A DNA stretch of 64,000 nucleotides, taken from Pseudomonadota bacterium (lineage in GTDB: Bacteria; Pseudomonadota; Gammaproteobacteria; Acidiferrobacterales; UBA6901). The translations under genes and the position numbers were made by a program. A model generated the notes under the pieces. The model did no database searches, was not told the origin of the DNA, and saw only the letters and a list, made by a program, of their open reading frames with translations. Location of the stretch: assembly GCA_027364845.1 (NCBI GenBank), contig DAHXOO010000005.1:35198-99197 (forward strand). Direction: 5' to 3'. Shown one piece after another: positions 28,938-38,486 of this stretch; position 1 is the first letter of the stretch; each line of letters opens with the position of its first letter.

Positions 28938-29451
28938 AAGGCCAGGGCCTGTGGAACGGCGCCAATTTTTCTGGAGGTGCAGTATCCATATTAGCATGTA
29001 CTTCTGGATTTTCCTGATTGGCGAAGAGCGTGTCGGTCAGGTCGGTGTTCTTGTCCACCGGTTCCTGTGGGGTCTGTCTGAATGCCGGGTCTCCAATGTG
29101 CACTGTTGGCCAAATCAATGGGTTATGCCGGACCTTGCCATCATTATTTTTTCCTGGTCCGATTCAGCCCCGGCTGTTGCGGGGCACTTCCTTTTTCCCG
29201 GCCGGCGAAACGGATATCCACCCGCTTTTGCATGCGGCAATGTCCCGTGGGTGGCCGATGAGCTTGTCGCTGGAGCGCGGAAGGCGACGGCACGTGTTGG
29301 TACCAGCATGACAACCGCGCAAAGATGGTATGCGATGAGGAGTAAAGTCACCGGATGTCGTAGCGTCGGCGGATTTTGACTTGGGTCAATGCATCATTGC
29401 ACCGCAGGCGCCTATGCTTTTTTCTAGCGGTAGACATGGAGAGAATGAGCC

Positions 29452-29841
29452 ATGGAACATCGTTGGAACTCACGTCGACCGTTGACGGGCAAGGTGATAC
29501 TCAACGGTGCCCTGCTCGGGCTCAGACGGGCCAGAATACGGGACATCGGCGCGGGAGGGGTGTGCATCGAGCTCCAGAACGAGGGGCTCGTGGCCAATTT
29601 GCATATTGAGCTGGTATTTGTCGGCGATGAGGGTGGCGTTCTGCACATTCACCGGGTTCCCGCCCTTGTCGTATGGACATCGCATAATATCGCCGGCCTC
29701 ATGTTTTATGAGATTAATCCCCGGACCTTCCGGGTGGCGCTGAACGCTTTTCCGACGGGCGAGTTAGGCAGGGGTTTCAGGTCGAGGTCCACCGGTGCCG
29801 GTGGACCGGACAATACGCCGGATATGCGATCCAAGCCATGA
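29452..29841 (+). CDS. PilZ domain protein
   Basis: RxxxR (RWNSRR) followed by DxSxxG-like DIGAGG about 25 aa later. 129 aa. Confidence 0.6.
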   Translation: MEHRWNSRRPLTGKVILNGALLGLRRARIRDIGAGGVCIELQNEGLVANLHIELVFVGDEGGVLHIHRVPALVVWTSHNIAGLMFYEINPRTFRVALNAFPTGELGRGFRSRSTGAGGPDNTPDMRSKP

Positions 29842-29857
29842 AGGGAGGAGATTCCTT

Positions 29858-30322
29858 ATGGCCGTTGCCAGAACGATTACCGATTTTCTTCATAACCGAC
29901 GCGCGCATTACGCCGTCGTGCCCCATTTGCACACTCAGACGAGCCGCGAAACGGCCGATACTACCCAGGTATTGGCGGAGCAGCTGGCCAAGGCGGTTGT
30001 CCTGATCGACGACCGCGGATACTTGATGGCTGTGGTTCCCAGTAACCGCCATGTGAGTACCGTCCGGCTGTCGGAACTGCTCGGTCGCCACCTCGAGTTG
30101 GCGACTGAGAGCCGCATTGCGCCGGTATTCAGGGATTGTGACCCCGGGGCGATTCCGCCCTTGGGGCCCGCATACGGCATGGACACCATTGTCGACGACA
30201 GCCTGGTCGGCCAGCCGGTAATCTATTTCGAGGCCGGTGACCATGAGCAGGTAATTCGGGTGGACGGAGAGGTATTCCTTTCCTTGCTGAGAGAGGCGCG
30301 GCACGGCCAGTTTGCGCACTAG
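29858..30322 (+). CDS. YbaK/aminoacyl-tRNA deacylase-like editing domain protein
   Basis: 154 aa. GAIPPLGPAYGM and YFEAGDHE blocks. GGGAGGAG SD before ATG 29858. Confidence 0.7.
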   Translation: MAVARTITDFLHNRRAHYAVVPHLHTQTSRETADTTQVLAEQLAKAVVLIDDRGYLMAVVPSNRHVSTVRLSELLGRHLELATESRIAPVFRDCDPGAIPPLGPAYGMDTIVDDSLVGQPVIYFEAGDHEQVIRVDGEVFLSLLREARHGQFAH

Positions 30323-30486
30323 CCCACGAGGTTTGCGACCGGGTTTGCTCCTGGACGGAACGGTGCACAGCGCGTCAGGATCGGTCAAGGCTGCGGGGGA
30401 CTTGCCTGGCGTCGGTTACGGACTGCCATATCGGTGCGGTGCCGGGTGACGCAGCGTCCATTGGTCTGTTGGATTGCGGTGATACG

Positions 30487-31473
30487 ATGGATGCCAAAGA
30501 CATCAGCCTGTTCGCGCTGAATTGCGGCTCGGGTTTTGCGTCGCGTGTTGCCGCAGCGTTGGGCTTGCCCATGGGCCAGCATGAGGAGCGGGAATTCGAA
30601 GATGGCGAGCACAAGATACGTCCGCTCGAAAGCATTCGGGGTCGCGATGTCTTTGTCGTGCAATCGCTTTATGGCGAATCAGGACGCAGCGTTGATGACA
30701 AGCTATGCCGCCTGCTTTTTTTCATCGGCGTCCTGAAAGACGCGGCCGCCGCACGGGTCACTGCGGTCGTGCCGTATCTTGCCTATGCGCGCAAAGATCG
30801 CAAGACGCAGCCGCGGGATCCGGTGACTACGCGCTACGTGGCAAGGCTGCTCGAGAGCGTTGGAACGGACCGGGTGGTGGCGGTCGACGTGCACAATCTT
30901 GCCGCATTCCAGAATGCATTCCGATGCCCAACCGAGCACTTGGAGGCGCGTGGATTGTTTGTCAGGTACTTTGCGCAGCGTGCCCGGGAAAGGGATGTGG
31001 TGGTAGTGTCACCCGATGTCGGCGGGGTCAAGCGCGCCGAGCTTTTCCGTCAGTCTTTGTCGCGCGCGCTCGGGCACGAGGTCGCAACGGCCTTTATCGA
31101 GAAGGAGCGCGCGCTCGGGAGGGTCACCACCGGGGCTCTGGTCGGGGACGTGTACGGGCGAATGGCAATCATCGTCGATGATCTCATCAGTTCCGGAACA
31201 ACGATTGCTCGCGCCGCCGGCGCCTGCCAAGAGGCTGGAGCCGTGTCGGTCTTCGCGGTGGCAACCCATGGACTGTTCGTACGAGACGCGGACGCCGTCA
31301 TTGCCCAGGCGCCCGTCGAACGCGTGATCGTGACTGATACGGTTCCGCCGTTCCGTATCACAGCACAGGCCGCGCGTGCCAAAATCGAGATTCTGGATAT
31401 CGCCGGATTTGTCGCGGAGGCGATACGGCGACTTAATGCAGACGAATCCATCGTAGCGCTGCACGAATCATGA
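30487..31473 (+). CDS. ribose-phosphate diphosphokinase family protein (divergent Prs paralogue type)
   Basis: Aligns by eye along E. coli Prs (VVPYLAYARKDRK, VVSPDVGGVKRA, IVDDLISSGTT, EAIRRLNADESI) but is clearly diverged and not in the usual prs neighbourhood. Confidence 0.8.
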   Translation: MDAKDISLFALNCGSGFASRVAAALGLPMGQHEEREFEDGEHKIRPLESIRGRDVFVVQSLYGESGRSVDDKLCRLLFFIGVLKDAAAARVTAVVPYLAYARKDRKTQPRDPVTTRYVARLLESVGTDRVVAVDVHNLAAFQNAFRCPTEHLEARGLFVRYFAQRARERDVVVVSPDVGGVKRAELFRQSLSRALGHEVATAFIEKERALGRVTTGALVGDVYGRMAIIVDDLISSGTTIARAAGACQEAGAVSVFAVATHGLFVRDADAVIAQAPVERVIVTDTVPPFRITAQAARAKIEILDIAGFVAEAIRRLNADESIVALHES

Positions 31474-31487
31474 GAAATGCCTGTGTT

Positions 31488-32555
31488 TCAGCCCAGGTCC
31501 CGGGAGTACCGCTCGGCGCGTTCAAGGTAATCGCGTGCTGCGGCCGACCACTTCATCGTATCCCGGACTTCGGGGTCAAGGACGTGCCAGACCGCAATCT
31601 TACAGCGAAAACAGGCCCAGCAGCTCTTGTAGAAGTTCAGCAGCGCTGGCGGAGGATGGTCGGCGCTAATGTTGCCGTAGATTTCGAAGAACAGTCGTCC
31701 GACCTGCGCAGCGCCGAGGCGCTCGCACTCCATGGACAAGAATGCGAGCTCATCGGCAGAATCGAGGATGCGGAAGTCGCGGTTGAATTCCAGCCGGTCG
31801 ATGATCACTGGCTCCGGAACGAGGCAGATATGCTCCGGTCGCAGGTCGCCGTGCGCTTCGATGATTTTATTGTGAACTGCGCGCTCGTCGACGAGTGCCT
31901 CTCGGGTTTTCAGGAACTGGTGCTGGAATGCGGCGATGCGCTCCACCTGCGGTCCGGACAGCGCATATTCCGGGCGTAAAAGTTCGCGGCAGGTGTCGTC
32001 GACCCTGTCGCGCAGGCGGCGGCGATACTGGGCGTATTCCATCGGAACCGGGTGGGCCTGCTGGTAGAGGCGGGGCAGGCGCTCGGCTGCCAAGTGTGTT
32101 TCGGCTTCGGGGATTGCGCAATTTCGTATAGCATGGTCAAGAAACCGTTCCGCCGGCAAGAGTCGCATCTTTACCAGCCAGTCAGCCGCCGGACCGTCAC
32201 CGCCAAGCTGCAGTTGGCCAGCCGCGCTTGCCGTGAGTGGGATCGTCTCGAGATATACGCCCGGAGCCAATGGTCGATTGAGCTCAACTTCAGCCTCGCA
32301 GTTGCGGCGCCTCAGTTCGATGGAACTGAAATCCAAAAAATCGCGGCGCACCGGCTTCTTGAGCTTGTAGGCGTGTGTGTCGGTGAGAAATACCCACGAC
32401 ATGTGGGTCTCGAGCGCGTAAACTTGCGTTGGATGTTCCGGGTAGGCATCCGGGCGGGAAAGGAACGCGACCTTGGCGGCTGTCTGGATTTCCGTGTTAC
32501 CGCGATTTCTGGAATTGGGCGCCATGATTATGAGCCAATCTTGCAGCAAACTCAC
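31488..32555 (-). CDS. phosphotransferase (APH/kinase-like fold) family protein
   Basis: ETHMSWVFLTDTHAYKLKKPV..., HGDLRPEHI catalytic-loop-like motif and IDRLEF (DxxE). Start uncertain (GTG 32555 or ATG 32525). Confidence 0.6.
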   Translation of the reverse strand: MSLLQDWLIIMAPNSRNRGNTEIQTAAKVAFLSRPDAYPEHPTQVYALETHMSWVFLTDTHAYKLKKPVRRDFLDFSSIELRRRNCEAEVELNRPLAPGVYLETIPLTASAAGQLQLGGDGPAADWLVKMRLLPAERFLDHAIRNCAIPEAETHLAAERLPRLYQQAHPVPMEYAQYRRRLRDRVDDTCRELLRPEYALSGPQVERIAAFQHQFLKTREALVDERAVHNKIIEAHGDLRPEHICLVPEPVIIDRLEFNRDFRILDSADELAFLSMECERLGAAQVGRLFFEIYGNISADHPPPALLNFYKSCWACFRCKIAVWHVLDPEVRDTMKWSAAARDYLERAERYSRDLG

Positions 32556-32706
32556 ACGCTAACACTATCGCAAAAGGCACGCGAGTCAAAACTTCGCTGC
32601 AACGAGACGGTGATACCAGAAACCCGGTATTTTTGTCAGAATTCCGGACTGGATCCAGTATTTACGCGGCTCGAAAAAAACCACCGAAAAAGGATTTGCA
32701 ACGCGG

Positions 32707-33453
32707 ATGCAACTTCGGATCGTATCGTATAATATTCATCGCGCGATCGGCATTGACCGCCGCTTCCGCCTCGATCGGATCGTTGCGATTCTCGGGCAAG
32801 TGCGTCCGGACGTGGCCCTGTTGCAGGAAGTCGACTCCGGAGCACCGCGCTCTGGCGGGCTTGATCTTGCGCGCGAGCTGGCGGACCTGCTCGGGTACCC
32901 TTACTACGCTGTTGGTCACAACGTCGATCTGCGTAAAGGTCGCTACGGCAATGCGACGCTCAGCCGTTTTCCGATCCTGCGCGAACGCAACATCGATCTG
33001 ACGATCGACTCGCGCAAGCGCCGCGGCTGCCAGCATACCCGGATCCAGGCGCAGAAGCAGTCCGGTCACTCGCATATCATAGAAGTGTTCAATCTCCATC
33101 TGGGCTTGTCGGCGCGCGAGCGACAGCATCAGATCGGCCTTCTGTTGCGTTCCAGAGAATTTTCAGGCCTGGACCGCGGTCACGCCTGTGTCGTGGGCGG
33201 AGACTTCAATGACTGGCGGAGCCAGTTGCCGCCGATGTTCACTGGAGAGCTGGGGTTCCAATGTGCAACGTCGCACGGAACCATCAGGCCGAAACCCATA
33301 CGGACTTTCCCCTCGTTCTCGCCGACCGGCGGGCTGGACAAGATCTTCTTTCGCGGCCGGTTCCGACTGCTCGAAGCGCGCGCTTGCCATCTGCGTGTCT
33401 CCCGCGTGGCAAGCGACCATCTTCCTGTCATTGTGGATTTCGAATTGCAGTGA
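32707..33453 (+). CDS. endonuclease/exonuclease/phosphatase (EEP) family protein (YbhP-like)
   Basis: LRIVSYNIHRAIG, VALLQEVD, GGDFNDW and SDHLPV motifs. Confidence 0.85.
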   Translation: MQLRIVSYNIHRAIGIDRRFRLDRIVAILGQVRPDVALLQEVDSGAPRSGGLDLARELADLLGYPYYAVGHNVDLRKGRYGNATLSRFPILRERNIDLTIDSRKRRGCQHTRIQAQKQSGHSHIIEVFNLHLGLSARERQHQIGLLLRSREFSGLDRGHACVVGGDFNDWRSQLPPMFTGELGFQCATSHGTIRPKPIRTFPSFSPTGGLDKIFFRGRFRLLEARACHLRVSRVASDHLPVIVDFELQ

Positions 33454-34643
33454 ATGTATCCGTGGTGACCGTGCCGCCCGCAACAGGCCCGGAACGGCGA
33501 TCTCCAACTTCCAAGTACCGCTTTCCATGGCGCGGCGGAAACCGCTTCCAGCTGTTGATCGATGGGGTCCAATTTTTCCCACACATGCTGAAAGCCATCG
33601 AGGACGCCCACGACTATGTTCTTCTCGAGTTCTACCTGTTTGAATCCGGGACGGTTGCCAGTCGTTTCATCGACGCGCTGGTGGCGGCAGCAGGCCGCGG
33701 AGTGGATGTGTGGGTCATGCTGGATGATTTCGGCGCGCGCGGGCTTAGTCGTAGCGATCGCACACGCCTGCGCAGCGGCGGTGTGCATCTTGCCTTCTAC
33801 AATCCGCTGTATATTGGAAAGTGGCTGAAAAACCTGGCCCGGGACCACCGCAAACTTTTGCTCGTAGATGGAACGATGGTGTTCGTCGGAGGAACCGGCA
33901 TTGCCGATGAATTCGATCCCACGGACATGCCGGCGTCCCGCTGGCGCGAGACTGTGGTGATGGGTGCCGGACCCGTAATTGCCGACTGGCAAACACTTTT
34001 CATTGAGAGCTGGGAGCGTCATACGGGGGAGCCACTGCAGCTTGTACGGGTGCCCTCCGAAATTTCGGACGAGCGCGTGCAGGGGCGCGTCACATTGATG
34101 CGTGGCAGATCGCAACAAGGAGTGAAGCGCGATCTGTTAAGGCATGTGCGCGCAGCGGAGCACCGCGTTTGGTTCTCCACCGCCTATTTCATACCGCCGC
34201 GCCGCATACGGCGCGCGCTTAGGCGGGCTGCACGTCGCGGTGTCGACGTACGGCTGCTGCTTCCGGGCCCGCACACCGACCATCCCGCCGTGCGTGTGGC
34301 AGGAAGGAGGTTTTACGCCGCGTTGCTGCGAAGCGGGGTCCGCATTTTCGAGTTTCAGCCCCGCGTCCTGCACAGCAAGGTGAGTCTGTGTGATTCCTGG
34401 GTGTCGATAGGATCAAGCAATATCGATCGCTGGAACCTGCGCTGGAACCTGGACGCGAATCAGGCGATTGACGACCAGGAATTCGCCGATCAGGTGCGTG
34501 ACATGTTCGAGAGCGATTTTGCGCAAACTATCGAGTACACCTACCAGGATTGGATGCGCCGTCCGTGGCGCGTACGCGCCGGTGAACGGCTGTGGGGACT
34601 GGTTGACATGGTCCTCAACAGCGTAGGTGACGGGCGGCGTTGA
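33450..34643 (+). CDS. phospholipase D/cardiolipin synthase family protein (ClsB-like)
   Basis: Two HKD motifs (HRKLLLVDG...; LHSKVSLCD...GSSNID). The GTG start overlaps the EEP stop (GTGA). Confidence 0.85.
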   Translation: MNVSVVTVPPATGPERRSPTSKYRFPWRGGNRFQLLIDGVQFFPHMLKAIEDAHDYVLLEFYLFESGTVASRFIDALVAAAGRGVDVWVMLDDFGARGLSRSDRTRLRSGGVHLAFYNPLYIGKWLKNLARDHRKLLLVDGTMVFVGGTGIADEFDPTDMPASRWRETVVMGAGPVIADWQTLFIESWERHTGEPLQLVRVPSEISDERVQGRVTLMRGRSQQGVKRDLLRHVRAAEHRVWFSTAYFIPPRRIRRALRRAARRGVDVRLLLPGPHTDHPAVRVAGRRFYAALLRSGVRIFEFQPRVLHSKVSLCDSWVSIGSSNIDRWNLRWNLDANQAIDDQEFADQVRDMFESDFAQTIEYTYQDWMRRPWRVRAGERLWGLVDMVLNSVGDGRR

Positions 34644-34662
34644 TCACGCATTCGTAAGGTGT

Positions 34663-35688
34663 TCAGGCGGATTCCGGCGCTATCCCGGAAAATGCTTCCT
34701 CGACTTCCCGGTAAATGTCCGCCTCGAATCCGACGTAGCGTGGTGACAAATGCATCGGTACGAGACGCCTGGTGCCCGACGCGCGCCCGAGCGTACCTGC
34801 CTGCCGTGCGGTGAGGTGATATTTGCGGGCGGCATGCTCGGCATCCTGGTGCAGGAAGACTGCCTCGATAAACAAGTAGTCGGCATTGTGCGCGAGCTGC
34901 CGGACACGCTTCTCGTTCTCCGCGTTGTAGACGGTATCGACCACGTATGCGATCTTCTGTCCCGGGGCGAAGCGCAACACATCCCGGCGCAGGACGCCGA
35001 GTGGAGGGGCGCGCTCGTGATGACAGCTGCGATCGGTCCAGCGGGTGCAGACTTCCGAGTCGTCAGAGCCTCCGTGGCGAACTGCTGTCTTCAACTCGTT
35101 CAGCCATGGACCGGTCGGAAGCCCTATTTCGGTCAATCGGCTCTTCCAGACGTTTATGTGCTGTTTTTCCTCAAGAGCGAAACCCAGGCAGGCAGTACGG
35201 TGGTCGAGAATCGTAGCGAGCACGCGGAAGTTCTCCTCGTCGAGTAGCACGCCGTCCGTTGCGAACCGCGATGGCCGATCTTCGCGCTCGAATCCTGACC
35301 GGCAGCGGAAACGAGCCGTGCGAAGCTCTCCCGACAGGTGCCATTCACTTGCCTCGAGCGTAAAGTCAGTGACATAGCCTTGCACGAGATTCCAGGTGTA
35401 GGCCGCGAGTTTGTGTTCGACGCGGTCGATGAATCCCTGGGGGCCAAACAAAGAAAGGCTGCGGGCACGACCGAGGCAGATGCGCACGATGCGATCAAGC
35501 CCCATGAAGTGGTCCATATGGGTATGTGACACGAATATGTGTGTCAGGCGAAGTATCTTGCGCGCCGGCAGCGACTGTATGTCCCCCAGGTCGAAGAGCA
35601 GTGCGCGTCTTCCGAAGCGGAAATCCACGTATACCATGGGGTCGCCGAACGGGCCATTGACGAGGAAGGGCTGTAGGGTCGACGTCAT
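34663..35688 (-). CDS. MBL-fold metallo-hydrolase, ribonuclease Z/BN-like
   Basis: HxHxDH (VSHTHMDHF) and C-terminal LVPMHLSPRY. Start at ATG 35688 (MTSTLQPF...). Confidence 0.75.
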   Translation of the reverse strand: MTSTLQPFLVNGPFGDPMVYVDFRFGRRALLFDLGDIQSLPARKILRLTHIFVSHTHMDHFMGLDRIVRICLGRARSLSLFGPQGFIDRVEHKLAAYTWNLVQGYVTDFTLEASEWHLSGELRTARFRCRSGFEREDRPSRFATDGVLLDEENFRVLATILDHRTACLGFALEEKQHINVWKSRLTEIGLPTGPWLNELKTAVRHGGSDDSEVCTRWTDRSCHHERAPPLGVLRRDVLRFAPGQKIAYVVDTVYNAENEKRVRQLAHNADYLFIEAVFLHQDAEHAARKYHLTARQAGTLGRASGTRRLVPMHLSPRYVGFEADIYREVEEAFSGIAPESA

Positions 35689-36036
35689 GATGATCGTGCC
35701 GCCGCTGTGGCCATTATCGAGTTGACCCCGCCATGTTAACACACTCCGTTCCGGGCGGCCGGTGTCGCGCAAATGCTTCGACACCGTGCGATACAGGCAC
35801 GCTGGTCCTGAACCGGTGTGTCGCGGCGGCTTTCCCGGACGACCGTTGCGGGAGTACCTGTTGCCTCCGGCGGTTTTGGCGGCTATTTGCGGACGTGTCT
35901 GTCCCTACAGGCTGCAGTTGCGAGCCCCAGGGCCTGTTTGCCGCTGGATATAGGGCCGTCGGCAGCGTTTTCGGGCGCCACGCCGAATCGCTGCCTTGCG
36001 TAAAACAATCGAAGTGGCGGGTCGTGCCTGAGGCAT

Positions 36037-36057
36037 CTGCATGCTCCGCGCATGCAG
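36037..36057. repeat. 8-bp-stem hairpin CTGCATGC-N5-GCATGCAG downstream of the senA-like gene
   Basis: Perfect inverted repeat about 120 nt past the stop. No U-tract. Confidence 0.3.
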
Positions 36058-36178
36058 GCGAAACCGAACTCAGGTCATATTGCTGGTCCAATGGCGGCAA
36101 TCACGGTTCCTGGACCAATGCGCCGGAGGCCTGTCTTGTGGGCCTGTTTCTGTGGTGCCGACTTTCCAGAGGAAGGCG

Positions 36179-37477
36179 CTAACGTGCGCATGTGCGAAAC
36201 CCCGCGAAGATGTCGTTTCGATCGGGCGTATAAAAATTGCGCCATGAATTCCACACCAGACGCGCCGGGGTCGCCCAGCTTCCACCACGCAGGACCTTGC
36301 GTGTTCCGAACCACTGCTCGGAATAGTCGCGGTAAGGGTCGGGAGAAAAACCGGGATAGGGCTCAAAGGTGGATGCGGTCCATTCCCAGACGTTGCCGAT
36401 CATCTGTCGGCAGCCGAAAGCGCTGTCGCCCTGTGGCAGCGCCGCGACGTCAATGCTGGTGAGCGCGCGGCCATTCAGATTGGCATGAGTTTCGGTCGGG
36501 GGTTCGTTTCCCCAGGGATAACGGCGTTTCCGTGTACCATCCACGTGGCCACCCGCTACCTCGCAGGCTGCCGCCATTTCCCATTCAGCCTCGGTAGGAA
36601 GCCGCCGCTCTGCCCATCGACACCAGGCCTGAGCTTCGTGCCAGTTCACGTGCATCACCGGCGCGTGCGGTGCCAGCACAGTCCACCGGTCGAAGCGACG
36701 CATCTCCCAGTCAGCGCCGTTCCTACGCCAGTACTTTGGTGCTTCCATGCCGGCTTGCATGCGCCATTCCCATCCGGGGTTGTCCCAGAACTCGCGTCGG
36801 TGGTAACCGTGATCATCGACGAAGCTGGCGAATTCCATGTTGGTTACCGGTGCCCGTGCTATCCGGAATGGCGCCAGTTCCACCGGGTGTGCCCACTTCT
36901 CGTTGTCGAATACGAAGCTCCGGGTCGGCGCAGCGCCGAGCAGGAAGCGGCCACCTGGAACATCCAGATCTCCCGGCAACGGTCCGTCCGACATCGATTT
37001 CGCAAAAGCTCCAGCCGGCGCTGGGTAACCCAATGTCTGGCGCATGTAGGTGAATGCTTCCGTATGCATGTCCTGGTGGAAAATGACGAGCAGGTAAAAG
37101 TATGCATCCTTTTCCGGGACCGAATTCCCGTGGCCACGCAAGCGCTGGCCCAGTGTGTCCTTCACTGCCTGCAGATATGCGAGGGTATCGGCGACCGATG
37201 GCAAGGGCAGGTCCCAGCGCCGGTCGTGGGCGATTGCGGAGGAGTCATACAGAGAATCGGCCGCGATCATCAGTGGAGTGCGCCGGTCCAGATTGCGCAG
37301 AACCCAGTATTCATTGAACCACGCCAGATGTCCGACTTCCCAGATCGGCGGATTCACAATAGGCAGACGCGGGCCGAGCATCTGATCCGGGCTGAGGTCT
37401 GTGATCAGGCGCAGGGTGCGCGCGTGCGCATCGTCGAGATGCGCGAGAAGTTCTGCCGCTGTGACGAAATTCGCCAT
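36179..37477 (-). CDS. senA: EgtB-family non-haem-iron enzyme (DinB_2 + FGE-sulfatase domains); by context a selenoneine synthase SenA candidate
   Basis: 432 aa. DinB-type His ligands (WEVGHLAWFNEYW; FHQDMHTEAF = HxxxH). C-terminal FGE/SUMF1 fold (WEWT..., VLRGGSWAT, FRTCAR). Divergent neighbour of a SenB-like GT and close to selD. Confidence 0.65.
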   Translation of the reverse strand: MANFVTAAELLAHLDDAHARTLRLITDLSPDQMLGPRLPIVNPPIWEVGHLAWFNEYWVLRNLDRRTPLMIAADSLYDSSAIAHDRRWDLPLPSVADTLAYLQAVKDTLGQRLRGHGNSVPEKDAYFYLLVIFHQDMHTEAFTYMRQTLGYPAPAGAFAKSMSDGPLPGDLDVPGGRFLLGAAPTRSFVFDNEKWAHPVELAPFRIARAPVTNMEFASFVDDHGYHRREFWDNPGWEWRMQAGMEAPKYWRRNGADWEMRRFDRWTVLAPHAPVMHVNWHEAQAWCRWAERRLPTEAEWEMAAACEVAGGHVDGTRKRRYPWGNEPPTETHANLNGRALTSIDVAALPQGDSAFGCRQMIGNVWEWTASTFEPYPGFSPDPYRDYSEQWFGTRKVLRGGSWATPARLVWNSWRNFYTPDRNDIFAGFRTCAR

Positions 37478-37491
37478 ATACTTTAAAGTAT
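37478..37491. promoter_or_regulatory. perfect 14-bp palindrome ATACTTTAAAGTAT in the 41-bp senA/senB divergent spacer
   Basis: Abuts the senA-like start codon. A TACAAT -10-like hexamer (37498-37503) follows towards the senB-like gene. Confidence 0.4.
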
Positions 37492-37518
37492 GTTCGATAC
37501 AATGTCCCTGCGACTTCC

Positions 37519-38466
37519 ATGCGCATTCTGATTGTGACGCCGGCGCCGCGCGGATCGCGCTCCGGAAACCGCACAACCGCGCTCCGCTGGGCCAGAATCC
37601 TCAGAGCCGAGGGCCACCGGGTTTCGGTCACGGTCGGGTACGACGGTGCTCCGGCAGATCTGCTGGTTGCCCTGCATGCCTGGCGCAGCGCAGCTGCGGT
37701 GCAGCACTACCGGGAACGCCATCCGTTCAGGCCATTGATTGTAGCACTGACGGGCACGGACCTTTATCGCTTCCTGCACACCGACCGCGAGATCACGTGC
37801 CGCTCCATGGAGCTCGCTGACCGGATTGTGGTTCTGCACGAGGCCGCAATTGGTACCGTTCCTGAGCCGCTGCGCCACAAGGTGCGGGTGATTCTGCAAT
37901 CGGCGGAAACGCCGCCCAAGAGAAAGCCATCGCTAGGGAGCTTTGATATTTGTGTGATCGGGCATCTGCGTGATGAAAAGGACCCGTTGCGTACAGCCTA
38001 TGCGGTGCGCGACCTTCCGCCGCAGTCGCAGGTGCAGGTGCTGCATCTGGGGAAGGCGCACACCGATGCCTGGGCGCAGGCAGCACACGAGGAGATGGCG
38101 CGAAATCGGCGATATCACTGGCTCGGTGAAGTTCCGTTCCGGCAGGTGCGGCAGGTGTTTTCGCGCAGCCGACTTATGGTGCTGTCATCGCGCATGGAGG
38201 GGGGCGCCAACGTGATCTCGGAGGCCGTGGTGGCCGGGGTGCCAGTGGTCGCCTCGCGCATTGACGGATCGGTGGGCCTGCTTGGCCCCGACTATCCGGG
38301 ATATTATCCGACCGCAGATACGGCAGCGCTCACCGAAATGCTATTGCACGCGGAGCGTGACCCGGCCTTTTATTCGCGTCTGCAGGGCGCCTGTGCACTG
38401 CGTGCGCTGCTATTTGATCCGAAACGTGAGCAGCAGGCATGGCACGACGTACTGGCCGGGTTGTAG
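37519..38466 (+). CDS. senB: GT-B glycosyltransferase, TIGR04348/SenB-like selenosugar synthase candidate
   Basis: 315 aa. MRILIVTPAPRGSRSGNRTTALRWA N-terminus and GT4-like EGGANVISEAVVAGVPVV. Sandwiched between the EgtB-like and SelD genes. Confidence 0.6.
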   Translation: MRILIVTPAPRGSRSGNRTTALRWARILRAEGHRVSVTVGYDGAPADLLVALHAWRSAAAVQHYRERHPFRPLIVALTGTDLYRFLHTDREITCRSMELADRIVVLHEAAIGTVPEPLRHKVRVILQSAETPPKRKPSLGSFDICVIGHLRDEKDPLRTAYAVRDLPPQSQVQVLHLGKAHTDAWAQAAHEEMARNRRYHWLGEVPFRQVRQVFSRSRLMVLSSRMEGGANVISEAVVAGVPVVASRIDGSVGLLGPDYPGYYPTADTAALTEMLLHAERDPAFYSRLQGACALRALLFDPKREQQAWHDVLAGL

Positions 38467-38486
38467 CAGACGGGTAATTTCCTTCA

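Noticed and set aside
33180-34118. 312-aa minus-strand ORF
   Set aside because: It is antisense to the EEP and ClsB-like genes with HKD motifs. No domain is recognisable.
36485-37486. 333-aa plus-strand ORF
   Set aside because: It is antisense to the EgtB/SenA-like gene. The sequence is Arg/Pro/Cys-rich with no recognisable domain.
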